A DNA stretch of 64,000 nucleotides from Eledone cirrhosa (GCA_964016885.1 OZ024764.1:10912001-10976000); one strand, 5' to 3'; counted from the stretch's first letter, positions 1 to 17,629 are shown. Notes: generated from the letters alone by a model not told the origin. Translations and numbers: made by a program.

Positions 1-2097
<2,097 letters not shown>

Positions 2098-2280
2098 TGG
2101 AAAGTTATATTTAAATTGTTGGGTTAACAACGAGTAAATATTTATAACTGATATAAAAGCACTCAACAAGTATTTGGAGTATATTTATGAGTATATTTAT
2201 GATATGCCAAATCAACCTCACAAATGCAAGGTGATTGAAAGGTATGTCGTATCTATTTATTTATAAGACTGTTTATATTG

Positions 2281-2346
2281 TATTTTGTCTGAAGAAGGCA
2301 TAACATATTGTTAATATGATATCCCTGAAATATATATAACGAAATA
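2281..2346 (+). ncRNA. Type I hammerhead ribozyme motif (family A; element ~2098-2387)
   Basis: tattttgt-CTGAAGA-agg..catatt gtt aatatg..cct-GAAA-tatata-TA/acgaaata: 8-bp helix I, folded helix II, palindromic helix III. Confidence 0.8.
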
Positions 2347-2387
2347 AATATGGTTTTATAAATATAGTTTCCATTTATTTAATATCG

Positions 2388-2435
<48 letters not shown>

Positions 2436-2529
2436 TATGTATATACATATATATATACATATATATAGATAGATAGATAAAAAGGATAAAGATCCCATAA
2501 CACCTTGTGGAATGAACACAACTGATTTT

Positions 2530-2682
2530 TTCTATAGTGGAAGACTCTACCTCAGTACATGACTGGTACTTTTTTTATGAACCTCGAAAGGGTTTGGTGG
2601 GATTTGAACTCAGATCACGCAATACGGCGGGACGAATACCTTAAAGTATTCTATCTGATGCCTTAACGACTCTGTCACTTTG

Positions 2683-2684
<2 letters not shown>
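2530..2684 (-). mobile_element. tRNA-derived SINE (Meta-domain-like), diverged
   Basis: Reverse complement of gagttcaaatcc..cctttcgaggtc..aaagtaccag shared with 5490 and 9567 copies. Confidence 0.6.
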
Positions 2685-2749
<65 letters not shown>

Positions 2750-2770
2750 TAATAATACATATGTATAAAA

Positions 2771-2851
<81 letters not shown>

Positions 2852-3060
2852 TATATGTATAAAAGTATATATATATGAATACATATATATGAATATATAT
2901 ATGAATATATATGCGTATATATACATATATATGAATATATATGCGTATATATATACATATACAAACATGTACATATATTTATATGTTTATATACATGTAT
3001 ATATATGCGTGTATATATATATATATATATATACATGTACATACATATATATATATATAC

Positions 3061-3209
<149 letters not shown>

Positions 3210-3474
3210 TATCTGTAGGTGTCTATCGGAACGTGGGTAGCAAATGAAACCCAACCCCCCCCCCCCCCCCACGGGCTCCCCGACCCCCAACGTTCACGGT
3301 CAGCCAGTTGGTCACGCCTCGTTAATCCAGCTTGTTCCCGTGTCTCGTTGCAGTAACTCTCACCCCTCAAGTCTGTAGCCACTCAGCCGTGACCAGACAA
3401 ATCATCTCATCTTTACATCACCACCGCCGCCGCCATCACCATCACCATCATCATCGCCGCCGCCGCCGTCGTCG

Positions 3475-3510
<36 letters not shown>

Positions 3511-3622
3511 ATGTCTTCAATATCATCAACATACATACACACACAGATGCATATATATATATATATGTATGTATGTATATGTGTGTGTGTGTGTGTAGGT
3601 GTGTAGGTATGTATATGTGTAG

Positions 3623-3671
<49 letters not shown>

Positions 3672-3752
3672 CATATATATACATATATATATATATATAT
3701 ACATACACATATATATATGTAGGTATATATATAAACATATATACATATGTGT

Positions 3753-3833
<81 letters not shown>

Positions 3834-3893
3834 TATATGTAGGTATATATATAAACATATACATATATATGTAGGTATATATATATATATATT

Positions 3894-3963
<70 letters not shown>

Positions 3964-3972
3964 TATATGTGT

Positions 3973-4041
<69 letters not shown>

Positions 4042-4050
4042 TATATATGT

Positions 4051-4098
<48 letters not shown>

Positions 4099-4140
4099 CA
4101 TATATATATAGGTATATATATAAACATATATATATGTAGG

Positions 4141-4172
<32 letters not shown>

Positions 4173-4192
4173 CATATATATATATATATACC

Positions 4193-4289
<97 letters not shown>

Positions 4290-4664
4290 AACAACGTCAG
4301 CGGAGGACGCGTTTCGCACCTTTCCGACAGACAGCCTTTCCCCCACCCCGGAAAACAACCCCTGTTGATGGATGTGAATCCGAAATATATAGCGACAATT
4401 AAATCTCTCCCAAGGTAACTCTCTCTCGTGCTGTTATTTTAATTTTATCCTTTATACTCTTTCCTTCATTCTTCTACACATCTCACACATCTTATACACG
4501 CCACGCATCTCAACGTACACCCACTTACATCTCTCTCCACCACCGGACCTTGTTACCCGGAGATTTACCCATTTGCATTGTCGAGGCTTCCAAACGACTT
4601 GAAGAAATTTACCTTATTATTCCACAATGCTTCAAGCAAACTTCAATACTCTCTTATCCTTACA

Positions 4665-4703
<39 letters not shown>

Positions 4704-4708
<5 letters not shown>

Positions 4709-4856
4709 ATAATAATAAAATTGAAGACTAAAATCCAAAGAGGGCTCGATAAGGAAAATATATATCAAATATATAAGAACCGTAGAGCAAATATTTATTA
4801 AAATAACGAAAGCAGCGATTCTTTGCTTAAACTTTAATCTGTTATTTTAATAAATA
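4704..4856. mobile_element. Family C hammerhead-bearing element, internally inverted; ribozyme 3' half starts at GAAA (4808)
   Basis: Matches 27000-27124, 29637-29810 and 40200-40262; flanked by (TA)n. Confidence 0.65.
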
Positions 4857-5036
4857 TATATATATATATATATGAAAAACAAGGGGAGAAGAATATTGCA
4901 TGGTTGCACATCGATTACATATTATAAAATTAGTCCCTCATCAGTGATTTGCCAACCATCATTGGTATTTCAATATATATATATATATATACAGGATACA
5001 GGTAATTACGTTTCATTGGTCTCTGTACACCAATTC

Positions 5037-5109
<73 letters not shown>

Positions 5110-5489
5110 CGTTTCTGAATTTGTTTAGCAAGATTCTTTATCTGAAATCGTGTGTTGAAACCGATATTGTTATACTTTGGGAGGGTCAACCAACCAACCA
5201 ACCAACCAGAAATTTATAATTTGTAAATTTATAAATATATAATAAATTGAAGTGAAAGCAACTGGTGCGTATGTTTCTTATTGGCAACATGACCCTCCCA
5301 AAGTATAACAATATATATATATTTATATATATTTAATACATTAACAGAGAAAGCCTTAAGCGATACTCTGACCAACTCCATCTCACTCAACAAACATTAG
5401 GATATACCTAAGTATAATCCCAATTTAGTGTTTGGGGTGCTAACTAATCAGTATTCCGTGGATAGCTGGTTGTATTATTTTATATGAGA

Positions 5490-5650
5490 CATTCGGACGT
5501 CATGCTTTCCAGCATAGTTACGTCCCTTTACGATCTGAGTTCAAATCCCGCCGAGGTTGACTTTGCCTTTCATCCTTACGGGGTCGATAAAATAAAGTAC
5601 CAGTAATGCACTGGGTATTTGCTGGCCTTGTGCCTAAAGTAGAAACAATT
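5490..5650 (+). mobile_element. tRNA-derived SINE with Meta-like central domain
   Basis: B-box gagttcaaatcc followed by gcctttcatccttacggggtcgataaaataaagtacc; near-identical to 9567-9750. Confidence 0.75.
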
Positions 5651-5741
5651 ATTAAATAAACATCTCTTTCCTTCCAGACGATCGTTTCGTTATAAGATTT
5701 CTACAATTTGGGATATAGGTACCCCAGAGGTACGTACCCCT

Positions 5742-5808
5742 CTCTCTCTGATGAACGATCTAGACGTACTTTAATACTGTCTTGGGTCCTGAAACCTTTG
5801 GTAATGGA
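5742..5808 (+). ncRNA. Hammerhead-like motif with weak helix I
   Basis: CTGATGA (5748), long imperfect helix II (agac..gtct), GAAA-cc ttt gg-TA; helix I not convincing. Confidence 0.4.
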
Positions 5809-5839
5809 ATAGTTATATATTGCATTGTTCACTTTCTAA

Positions 5840-5880
<41 letters not shown>

Positions 5881-5881
<1 letters not shown>

Positions 5882-6090
5882 CGAAGGAAATGTGGTAAGG
5901 AACCAGATGGACCATAACGCACCAAAGTACTCAATACTTAGGGTAGTAGAATGGGTAATAGGAACGAGTAGGGCCCCAACGGCTGAGCTCAAGCCGTTTC
6001 GACGGCTAATTCTGGACTAAAATTCTGGACTTTTAGTCCAGAATTAGCCGTCGAAACGGCTTGATCTCAGCCGTCGGGGTCCTACTCGTT

Positions 6091-6093
<3 letters not shown>
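5881..6093. mobile_element. Family F (TA)n-embedded element with ~135-bp fold-back hairpin containing a hammerhead 3' half
   Basis: Inverted arms 5959-6094; GAAA-cggc..gccg-TC motif; 8 copies in window. Confidence 0.75.
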
Positions 6094-6137
<44 letters not shown>

Positions 6138-6231
6138 AGAGAAGGGGCAGTGAGACAGACAGTCAGTTTAAATGAAGACTTGACATGCCAGGCTGTAAAA
6201 TATATTTGATTTACTGAAGTGAGATAATTTC

Positions 6232-6329
6232 AACTACAACAACAACAACTACAACTACCACCACCACCACCACTACAACAACTACAACTACCACCACCAC
6301 CACCACCACTACAACTACCACCACCACCT

Positions 6330-6363
<34 letters not shown>

Positions 6364-6367
6364 AACA
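6232..6367. repeat. (CAA)n/(CCA)n/(CTA)n trinucleotide microsatellite
   Basis: Directly visible. Confidence 0.9.
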
Positions 6368-6599
6368 TATGCTTAGTACAAACGAAATGAAGACATCATT
6401 TCTATTTAAACAGATGGTTAGTATTTCGGTGCGAAAGGGTTCGTGTCATGGCGGGGGGGGGTGCTGGTGGTGCTGGTGGTGGTGGTGCTGGTGCTGGTGG
6501 TGGTGGTGCTGGTGGTGAAATCGATACCCAAAAGCATGAAGTTGTAAAGCAAACCACTAGTATATTATCCTATCTCCCCCCCCCTCTCACACTCTCTCT

Positions 6600-6684
<85 letters not shown>

Positions 6685-6755
6685 TTTTAATTTCGTATTT
6701 ATAAAGAAATACGTTATGTACATCCGTCCCTTCAATCTTTCTAATTTCTCCTTCT

Positions 6756-6792
6756 TTCTTCTGATGAAGGACTAGCGTCCGAAACGTTAAAA
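6756..6792 (+). ncRNA. Minimal Penelope-type hammerhead motif
   Basis: CTGATGA-a-ggac tagc gtcc-GAAA-cgtt: perfect 4-bp helix II, palindromic AACGTT helix III, weak helix I; downstream sequence recurs inverted at ~28525-28600. Confidence 0.6.
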
Positions 6793-7177
6793 CCCTCTTC
6801 CCGCTATTTCAAATATTAACCTAATATACTCCTTCCATATACTGTACCGATTGTGTTGTTATTTCTGTTTACCTTTTACACATATATATATATATATATA
6901 TGCTCATGAAATCCACACAGCTTAAGCTGATCGGACTCCCATGTGCTTCTTTTTTCGTATCTTTGCGTTGCTATCCTTCTATGTTTGTTTGCTTGTCTCG
7001 CTCGCTTTACGCGATTTACTTGTCCCAATAGCTTTATTTAGTTATTGCTCGCACCAACTGGAGGTATATGATGTTTAAAGCGATGAAATACCAATGAAGG
7101 TTGGAAAATCACTGATGAAGGACTATTTTATTCATATGTAACCCATGTGCAACCACGCAGTATTCATTCTTCTCATG

Positions 7178-7216
<39 letters not shown>

Positions 7217-7217
<1 letters not shown>

Positions 7218-7415
7218 CGAAGGAAATGTGGTAAATAACCAGGTGGACCATAACGCACCAAAGTACTCAATACTTAGGGTAGTAGAGTGGGTAATAGGAA
7301 CGAGTAGGGCCCCAACGGCTGAGCTCAAGCCGTTTCGACGGCTAATTCTGTACTCATTGAGTACAGAATTAGCCGTCGAAACGGCTTGAGCTCAGCCGTC
7401 GGGGTCTTACTTGTT

Positions 7416-7498
<83 letters not shown>

Positions 7499-7612
7499 CA
7501 AAGAAAGTGTGGTAAGGAACCAGGTGGACCATAACGCACCAGAGTACTCAATACTTAGGGTAGTAGAGTGTGTAATAACAAAAGTGTCAGGACCCCGACG
7601 GCTGAGCTCTGG

Positions 7613-7614
<2 letters not shown>
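7217..7614. mobile_element. Two adjacent family F copies (7217-7418 with hairpin; 7497-7614 truncated) separated by (TA)n
   Basis: High similarity to 5881-6093. Confidence 0.8.
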
Positions 7615-7656
<42 letters not shown>

Positions 7657-8154
7657 CGTGTGTGTGTGTATGTATGTATGTATATATCAACCAAATTACT
7701 TCTCTAAAAACCTAGCATTTCGAGCCACTTTTTTTTCCATATAAAACAGAAGTAACATTCGAATAGCAACCAGATGTGAGAAAAACCACAGACCCTCCAT
7801 CTCAACTCTACTTTTGAAAACGCACAAGAACTGCGAAACCAGTAAAGGAACCAAATAAATATATAAAAAAAGAAAACCAGACCCCAGTTGCATTTTCGAT
7901 TTCATCTTTTTTTCCTTATACTTTCACTCGTGTAGGACACATCTTTCTTTTTCATTTTGTAAAAATACCTCACTTTCTAATATATATATATGTGTCTGTG
8001 TGTGTGTGTGTGTGTGTGTGTAGAAGTTGTATTTAATTTGTTGGAATTCCGACAAACATAAATGTTTATAACTGATTTAGAGCACTCAACAGTTTAGTGG
8101 AGTAAATATTCCATGATATTAAATAAATGGAAACTATATTTATAAAACCATATT

Positions 8155-8220
8155 TATTTCATTATACATATTTCAAGGGCCACCAGAGCAAACTATGGTG
8201 CGCTTTCATCAGATAAAATA
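8155..8220 (-). ncRNA. Type I hammerhead ribozyme motif (family A; element ~8114-8443)
   Basis: Minus strand: tattttat-CTGATGA-aag..cacca..tggtg..ctt-GAAA-tatgta-TA/atgaaata; covaries with the 2281 copy. Confidence 0.8.
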
Positions 8221-8441
8221 TAATATAGGTTAGTTTTATAAATAAATATTGACATACCCTTAAAAAATGCAACCATTCTGGTTGGAATCTCCTGGATAGT
8301 GGAGTTATTAGATTTATTGTTGGTTTATTATGAAAATTAGTGGTAATATATTGCATATTTACTCCAATAATTTGTTGAGTGCTTTATATCAGTTATAAAA
8401 ATATTTTGCTTGTTGTATCCCAACAAATTAAATATAACCCC

Positions 8442-8475
<34 letters not shown>

Positions 8476-8565
8476 AAAAATGATTATGTATATGGTTAAT
8501 TATGCTGATTAGAAGAAGAAATAGTATATATTTTAATATCTGATTAATTCTATAGACATGAGTTA

Positions 8566-8635
<70 letters not shown>

Positions 8636-8652
8636 ATATATATATATATGTA

Positions 8653-8697
<45 letters not shown>

Positions 8698-8712
8698 ATA
8701 TATGTATACATA

Positions 8713-8743
<31 letters not shown>

Positions 8744-8780
8744 GTGTGTGTGTGTATATATATATATATATGTATGTGTG

Positions 8781-8813
<33 letters not shown>

Positions 8814-8860
8814 ATATATATATATATGTGTGTGTGTGTGTATATATATGTATGTGTGTG

Positions 8861-8895
<35 letters not shown>

Positions 8896-8940
8896 ATGTA
8901 TATATGATATATGTTTGTATATATATATATATTTTTTTTT

Positions 8941-9139
8941 TTCCTGAGTTCAGTTTTTTTTTTCGTCGCTATGGTCACTGCGGCCCTTCTGTCGGTCACT
9001 TTCTTCATTTTGCAAAGCTGTCTAAACGTAATGTTATAACTCTGGGGTAATATCCTCCATCGAGTGCTTAGCTGAACACCGAAGCTGTATTTGTTAGCTT
9101 GGCTGCAACCAAAAGCTTCGTTGATGCTGTACTAAAATT

Positions 9140-9141
<2 letters not shown>
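8941..9141 (+). mobile_element. Unclassified ~200-bp (TA)n-embedded repeat family (also ~9831-10023 + and ~21945-22142 -)
   Basis: Shared agctgtctaaac.taatgtta.actct..ggt..gagtgct.agct..gcttcg..atgctgtactaaaattt blocks. Confidence 0.6.
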
Positions 9142-9196
<55 letters not shown>

Positions 9197-9325
9197 ATTA
9201 GAACCCTGTAACCATTAAGCTCTAAGTATAAAGTACAAATAAATACTGAGCCGATTAACAATATATAGTAAGAAACACAGTAAACCGTGTGTCTACCCTT
9301 GTAATTTTAGACACACGGTATATTG

Positions 9326-9368
<43 letters not shown>

Positions 9369-9566
9369 TGTGGTGACCTTTAAAGTCACAGCATACCCGC
9401 TTTGGCTAAGAACGAAAGACTTGCTGAAGAAGTAAATCCTATGTTCTGTCGTCAAAAACCATTATATTGCAGACTCCTGCAATAGGAATTTGATTTGTCG
9501 ATCATGGATTTGCAGAAACTTAGCGCTGTCGCTGGGTGCGATCTTGCGATCAATATTGTGGAAACA

Positions 9567-9750
9567 GGCGGTGGATTGGCAGTATCGGTAGAGGGTCGGA
9601 CGCCATGCTTTCCAGCATAGTTACGTCTCTTTACGATCTGAGTTCAAATCCCGCCGAGGTTGACTTTGCCTTTCATCCTTACGGGGTCGATAAAATAAAG
9701 TACCAGTAATGAACTGGTTAATTGCTGGCCTTGTGCCTGAAGTAGAAACA
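9567..9750 (+). mobile_element. tRNA-derived SINE (Meta-like domain), near full length
   Basis: A-box-like tggcagtatcgg, B-box gagttcaaatcc, conserved central domain. Confidence 0.75.
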
Positions 9751-10020
9751 AATATTGTGGAAACACCATGTGGATTGTATATTTTACACCCAGCCTCAGC
9801 GTTATGTCCAGGTCAGTAAAAAATCTTTACCTGGGTCCTGTATTTTCGTTGCTCTAGTGATGCGGTCGGACTGCCGACTGCTATATTCTAATTAGCTAAG
9901 CTGTCTGAACATAATGTTATACTCTGGGGTCTTACCTCATCAGAGTGCTCAAGCTACAAACCGAATAAGCATACACGCTAGCTTGGCCGTATACTAGAGC
10001 TTCGTCTATGCTGTACTAAA

Positions 10021-10076
<56 letters not shown>

Positions 10077-10079
<3 letters not shown>

Positions 10080-10210
10080 ATCTAGCTGTCGAAACGGCAG
10101 GAGCTCAGCCGTCAGGGTCCTGACTCTTTTCCTATTACCCCCTCTACCATCCTAAGTATTGAGTACTCTGGTGTGTTATGGTCCACCTGGTTCCTTACTA
10201 CACTTCCTTT

Positions 10211-10213
<3 letters not shown>
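10077..10213 (+). mobile_element. Family F copy without fold-back
   Basis: gtcGAAAcggc aggagctca gccgTC agggtcc..cctttgttt(AT)n. Confidence 0.75.
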
Positions 10214-10277
<64 letters not shown>

Positions 10278-10343
10278 TATGTACATATATATATGTACAT
10301 ATATATATGTGTACATATATATATATGTACATATATATATATA

Positions 10344-10380
<37 letters not shown>

Positions 10381-10563
10381 GTATGTGTGTGTATATATAT
10401 ATATACATGTATATATATATATATACACACACATACATATGTATATATATATATATATATATATGTATATAATGTATATATATATATAAGTATATAATGT
10501 ATATATATATAAATATATATATATATATGTATATATATGTATGTATGTATATGTATATATATG

Positions 10564-10605
<42 letters not shown>

Positions 10606-10667
10606 TATATACATGCATATATATATATATATATATGCATATATATGCATATATATATATATATATA

Positions 10668-10709
<42 letters not shown>

Positions 10710-10746
10710 TGTATATATATATATATATATATACATACATATATAT

Positions 10747-10790
<44 letters not shown>

Positions 10791-11067
10791 TGTGTGTGTA
10801 TATATATATATATATAATTACTTCCATAAGTACCTTAAATAAGACAAAGCTATATAAACAATAAACACACCGGATTACAATATATGGCATCAGTTGTGTA
10901 TATGACCCTGTGATATTTCACCCCCTTAACACAGTTACAGCTCAAACAACCAGCCGGTAGAGGGCACTGAACATCATTCTTGACATATCCCTATCTATCT
11001 ATCTATCTATCTATCTCCCCCCCCCCGTCTCTCTTTCTCTTTATATATATATCTAAATATATATATA

Positions 11068-11131
<64 letters not shown>

Positions 11132-11166
11132 ATTTATATATATATATATTTATATATATATATATT

Positions 11167-11215
<49 letters not shown>

Positions 11216-11240
11216 TTATATATATATATGTATATATATT

Positions 11241-11273
<33 letters not shown>

Positions 11274-11292
11274 ATTTATATATATATATATT

Positions 11293-11323
<31 letters not shown>

Positions 11324-11326
11324 ATT

Positions 11327-11393
<67 letters not shown>

Positions 11394-11396
11394 ATT

Positions 11397-11503
<107 letters not shown>

Positions 11504-11528
11504 ATATATTATATATATATATATATAT

Positions 11529-11560
<32 letters not shown>

Positions 11561-11638
11561 ATATATTTCTCTCTATCACTCTATGTATGTAGATATGTAT
11601 CTATGTATGTTATATATCTATCGATCTATCTCCCGCTT

Positions 11639-11698
<60 letters not shown>

Positions 11699-11819
11699 TA
11701 CATCTCTCTCCCTCTCAGCTTTCATTTGACATTTGAGCATCCTCAACAAAGTGTCTTCGTGTTTAGATTGGAACAAGGTGTTGTAGAACACACATATACA
11801 CACAAACCCACACACACAG

Positions 11820-11864
<45 letters not shown>

Positions 11865-11938
11865 GATATAGATATAGATATATATATGTGTGTGTATATA
11901 TATATGTATATATATATATAGCTCAATATATACCTTTG

Positions 11939-12065
<127 letters not shown>

Positions 12066-12184
12066 TGTTCTACAACACACACATACATATATGTATATAT
12101 ACTGAAAAATTTCAAACTTTCGCCATAAATTGACTTCAGGAGATACGAACCCCCAAAGTGAAATTATACAGGCCTTAAAGTTCA

Positions 12185-12266
<82 letters not shown>

Positions 12267-12300
12267 CTATCTATCTATCTATCTATTTATCTGTCTGTCT

Positions 12301-12860
12301 GTGGCGCCTCCCCCCTATTGGGGATTTCGATTGTTATAATTGTTTGTTTTTATATTTTTACACGACTGTATGTAAAATCCCCGGCATGTCTTTGTATTGT
12401 CCCCTTTTCTTGTGCGCCCTTGTGGCTAATAAAGAAATATATCTATCTACCTATCTGACTGTCTATCTATCTATCTATCTATCTTTAGGTACCACTTTAG
12501 AAGGAGAATCAGGGTGGAGAGAGAGGCACTGCACCCCACTGAATTTATTGAAAGGTGGGTGAATATAGCAACAATGGCCCGAGTGATTCAGCCTTCTCTG
12601 TATATAAACCTGTAGGTTGAAGAAGAGAGCAAATGGAAGAAAGGAGCACTTGCACAACACGCTCCTGGAGTTGAGGGTTGTTCTATCTACAGGGTATTAA
12701 ACAACCCATTTCTAACGCCTCCCCCTTATTGGGGATTTCCATTGTTATATTTTTATGTTAAAACTTTTTTACACGACTGTATGCACGATCCCCGCCATAT
12801 GTCCTTCGTATTGTCCCCTTTTCTTGTGCGCCCTTGTGGCAAATAATGGTTGTGGCGCCT
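12301..12860 (+). mobile_element. Tandem 3' ends of an L1/Tx1-like LINE within (TC)n/(TATC)n
   Basis: Two copies of a 3' UTR ending ..cccttgtggc(t/a)aataa; ORF tail YHFRRRIRVERE..FIERWVNIA resembles Tx1-clade ORF2 C-termini. Confidence 0.5.
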
Positions 12861-13216
12861 CCCGTAATAGAGAGACTGACAGAGAAAGATAGTGAAAGAG
12901 ATACGGGCTTTCATTTCTTAAATATAAGTAAACAGTAGAAATACTTCAGGGAATATTATGGAAATTATGTTTCCAAACACTCTGATGATTTTATTTTATA
13001 AAATATCCCAACATTTTCCGAGATATTGACCAAAGATGTGTGTGTGTCTGTATGTAACGTCCACAAACACACAGACACACACACAACATGAATTAGTCAA
13101 ACACTAGTTATTCCCCTTGAAACATCAACATTATTCTTAAATCCCTCATAATTCTATGCTTTCAAGTCAAGTACTTTGACTGCTATTTCTCGTCGGTATG
13201 TATGTATGTATGTATG

Positions 13217-13248
<32 letters not shown>

Positions 13249-13290
13249 TGTATGTATGTATGTATGTATGTATGTATGTGTGTATGTATG

Positions 13291-13322
<32 letters not shown>

Positions 13323-14000
13323 TGTGAAAAAAAAAAAAAGAATTTCTGGCAATCCACGGGGTAATAATAATACATGTGTATATCTGTGTGTGTATATATG
13401 TATATATGTATGTGTGTGTGTGTATGTGTATATATATATATATATATATGTATATGTATACATATATATATGTGTATATGTATGTGTGTGTATGTGTGTA
13501 TGTATGTATGTATGTATCATCCGGGAGAGATGACCCCTTAGCCTTTGTCAAGGCAGAATTCTAGGAGAAGGAAAACTCTGATATAACACCTGCAACCCTG
13601 ATGGTATCCAATGATGTTGACTTGTTCTTCTTTTTGGTAAATATCATCTTGGTTAAGAGAGTGGGACTGGCTTTGTGCAGTGCCTTTGCTCACTATAAAA
13701 GCTTCACGGCACAGGCATTGCTTTATATCTGGAGATCTCTCTGCACTTGTCGTCACATGGTACCATGGGCCCAGCACTATGTGTCAGTAATTGTCACAAG
13801 TGTAGTGTTTGTACCAGAGTTTTCAAGTCGCTAGCTGGACTAAAAAGTCACACTCGTTCAGCGCATCGGTAGGGGTTCTCCTACATGGATATAAAGTAGT
13901 GGCCGTACTCGAAAACGAGTTGGCAGCCACCATGTATGTATGTATGTATGTATGTATGTATGTATGTATGTATGTATGTATGTGTGTGTGTATGTATGTG

Positions 14001-14061
<61 letters not shown>

Positions 14062-14062
14062 G

Positions 14063-14151
<89 letters not shown>

Positions 14152-14265
14152 GTGTATATATATGTGTGTATATATATACTGTCTTTTACTATTTTACCTG
14201 CTGCAGCCATCCGGCTGAGGCCATTCTGGGGCACCGCCCTTGAGAATAGTTATTATATATATATA

Positions 14266-14354
<89 letters not shown>

Positions 14355-14458
14355 TTCATTTTTCGCACATTACAGACTTTAGCTCTTGTTTCTAGTCTCG
14401 TCACACGAACACTTATACTACATACTTATATATAAATATACATACCTAGTTATATATG

Positions 14459-14502
<44 letters not shown>

Positions 14503-14655
14503 TTTAGAGAGTCGTGAGAATGAGAGAGAGGGGGAAAGAGAATGAGAGAGAGAAAAGTGTATATAAGTATATATACAAGGCCCATTTCTAAATAAAAACA
14601 ATTGAAAGAATAAACACTGTCCCTAGATTAATATGCCGATACATGCTCCAAATAG

Positions 14656-14707
<52 letters not shown>

Positions 14708-15351
14708 ATATATACACTCAAACACATACATATATATAAATAGATAAGTTGATAGGTATATATGTATATATACACGTAATGCATTTCTAAAATATTACAA
14801 GTCCATAAAAACAACTGAAGCCATCGCATGCAGAATACAACTATGAACACATTGACGGTTTTATTTCTTAAAATGTCTCACAATTAAGCGAGTTATTGTA
14901 AAGAAACGTGTGTGTGTATGTGTGTGTAAATGACTCGACAGTTATTTAATAAATTTTACGGTGCAAGGGAAACAACTGCGTAAATTTTAGTCAGACCGAA
15001 TTTGTCTCCCTTGAAATAATTTTGTTTGATCATATATATGCATATGTATTTATACACATATTTATGTTTATATATATGAAGATATATGTATATATATACA
15101 CATATATATATACATATCTATGTATGTATATATGCATTTATATGTATGTGTATATGTATAGACATATATATATGTATGTACATATATATATTTATATATA
15201 TGCATATATATATATATATATAAATATATATATATAAATATATTTATATATAAATATATATATATATATATATTTATATATAGGAGTAAGTAAGACCCCG
15301 ACGGCTGAGCTCAAGCCGTTTCGACGGCTAATTCGCTATATTTATATTCGC

Positions 15352-15390
<39 letters not shown>

Positions 15391-15419
15391 ATATATTTAT
15401 ATATAAATATATATATATA

Positions 15420-15463
<44 letters not shown>

Positions 15464-15481
15464 AATATATATATATATATT

Positions 15482-15512
<31 letters not shown>

Positions 15513-15873
15513 ATATTTATATATTTATATATATATTTATATATTTATATATATATATTTATATATTTATATATATATATATATATATTTATATATAAAT
15601 ATGTATATATATATTTATATATATATATATTTATATATATATATATATATAAATATATTATATATAAATATTTATATACATATATATACATATATATATT
15701 TATATATATATACATATATATATTTATATATATATATATACGTATATATATTTATATATATATATATACATATATATTTATATATATATATTTATATATA
15801 TATATATACATATATATTTATATATACATATATATATTTATATATATACATATATATATTTATATATATATAT

Positions 15874-16947
15874 ACAAAGTTGGTGCAGGTTATATCACAC
15901 TGCTTGACACCATTTTCAACTGAGATTGGCTCAGACAGTTTACCTCCAACATTCACCCATGCCTGCATGTCATTGTGGAAGAGTTTCAGAATGTTCACAA
16001 ACTTTTCAGGACACCCCAATCTCTCCAAAATAACCCACAAAGCCTTCCGATTAACGGTGTCAAATACCTTGGTCAGATCGAAAAAAACTTGATATAAGTC
16101 CATGCGCTTCTCAATGCATTTCTCTTGAAGTTGTTTGGCCGAGAAGATCATGTCAACAGTGCCTCAGCCATTCCTAAAGCCACATTGGGACTCAGGAAGT
16201 ACCTCAACAGCAATGTGCTGTATCAATCTATCCAACAATATCCTTCACAAGATCTTCCCAGCCACAAATAGCAGTGAAATACCTCTGTAGTTGCCACAGT
16301 CATCTTTGGCTCCCTTTCCTTTGTAAAGTACCACCATCAATGCATCTTTCCAATCCTGTAGCACATCTTCTTCATTCCAAACATTCACAAAGAGATCAGT
16401 GAGGCGGTTTAAGATGTTATCACCAGCACACTTGAAAATCTCGGCACTCAGTCCATCCATTCCAGGTGACTTGCCGCTGTTTAATTTGGCAATGGCCTTC
16501 GCCACCTCATCAAATGAAGGAGGATCAGCCATTGCCAGCTTTGTAGGTCTGGATGGAATCAACCGGATGAACTCATCATCAATTTCTGATGGTCTGTTGA
16601 GAAGCTCATCAAAGAGGTCATGCCACCTGATCAGGATTTCCTTCGGGTCTCTGAGCAATTCCTTGCCGTCCCAGGAGCGAAGTGGTGATATTTATGAACT
16701 GGTCGGACCATACAGCTCCCTGAGCAGACTGTATAGGAGCTTTGTATCATGTCTATCTGAGGCCTTCTGGATTTCATCAGACTTTTTGCTCCACCAAGTA
16801 TCCTGCATGGCTCTCAATCGATGTTGCACACGTGCCTTGATCTGCCTGAGGGTCTGCTCACTCCTGCCAGAACGTGTCTCACACAGCAATGATGTCAGCA
16901 CTTTTTGTTTCTCTTCAAGCAAGGTCTGGATCACTGCATCATTTTCA
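15874..16947 (-). mobile_element. RTE-clade LINE reverse transcriptase fragment (inactive)
   Basis: [52 protein letters not shown] motifs; in-frame stops and frameshift; cut by (TA)n at both ends. Confidence 0.93.
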
Positions 16948-17119
16948 TGTATATATATATGTATATATATACATATATATACATATATATACATATATAT
17001 ACATATATATATATATTTGAGGGCGGCTGGCTGTGAAACTAAGCTAGTTGGTTAGCCGCCTTCTCTGTCTCTGGTTTCTCAGACCCATGGCTTTTTACAT
17101 ATTCCTTTGTTATATCCCA

Positions 17120-17177
17120 ATACCTGATGATATCACCGGATTCATATGGAACCCGGTCATTGAAATGATCATAGTAT
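17120..17177 (+). ncRNA. Type I hammerhead ribozyme motif (family B; island ~17018-17370)
   Basis: atac-CTGATGA-t at c accgg a ttc..gaa c ccggt c at t-GAAA-tgatca-TA/gtat; palindromic ATGATCAT helix III. Confidence 0.8.
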
Positions 17178-17366
17178 AATAAACCTTTCAAGGATTTACA
17201 CCAGTCCAGCCTCCTGTTACTTCATTTATAATTAACTCCGTATTCGCACCACCTACTACACAAACGAAGATGGGTGAACTGCACTGCGCTGAGTACTCTT
17301 CACAATATTACACCAGGATTGACCATACGGAATGACCAGTTCTATCCAGTGGTGAACCAACAAACC

Positions 17367-17629
<263 letters not shown>

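Noticed and set aside
3415-3512. Poly-His/Arg or poly-Asp ORF
   Set aside because: (CAT)n/(CGC)n microsatellite with no gene context
7085-7125. gaaa..CTGATGA motif (also ~4940-4972 minus) as a type II hammerhead
   Set aside because: Could not draw helix III with an NUH site or a closing helix II
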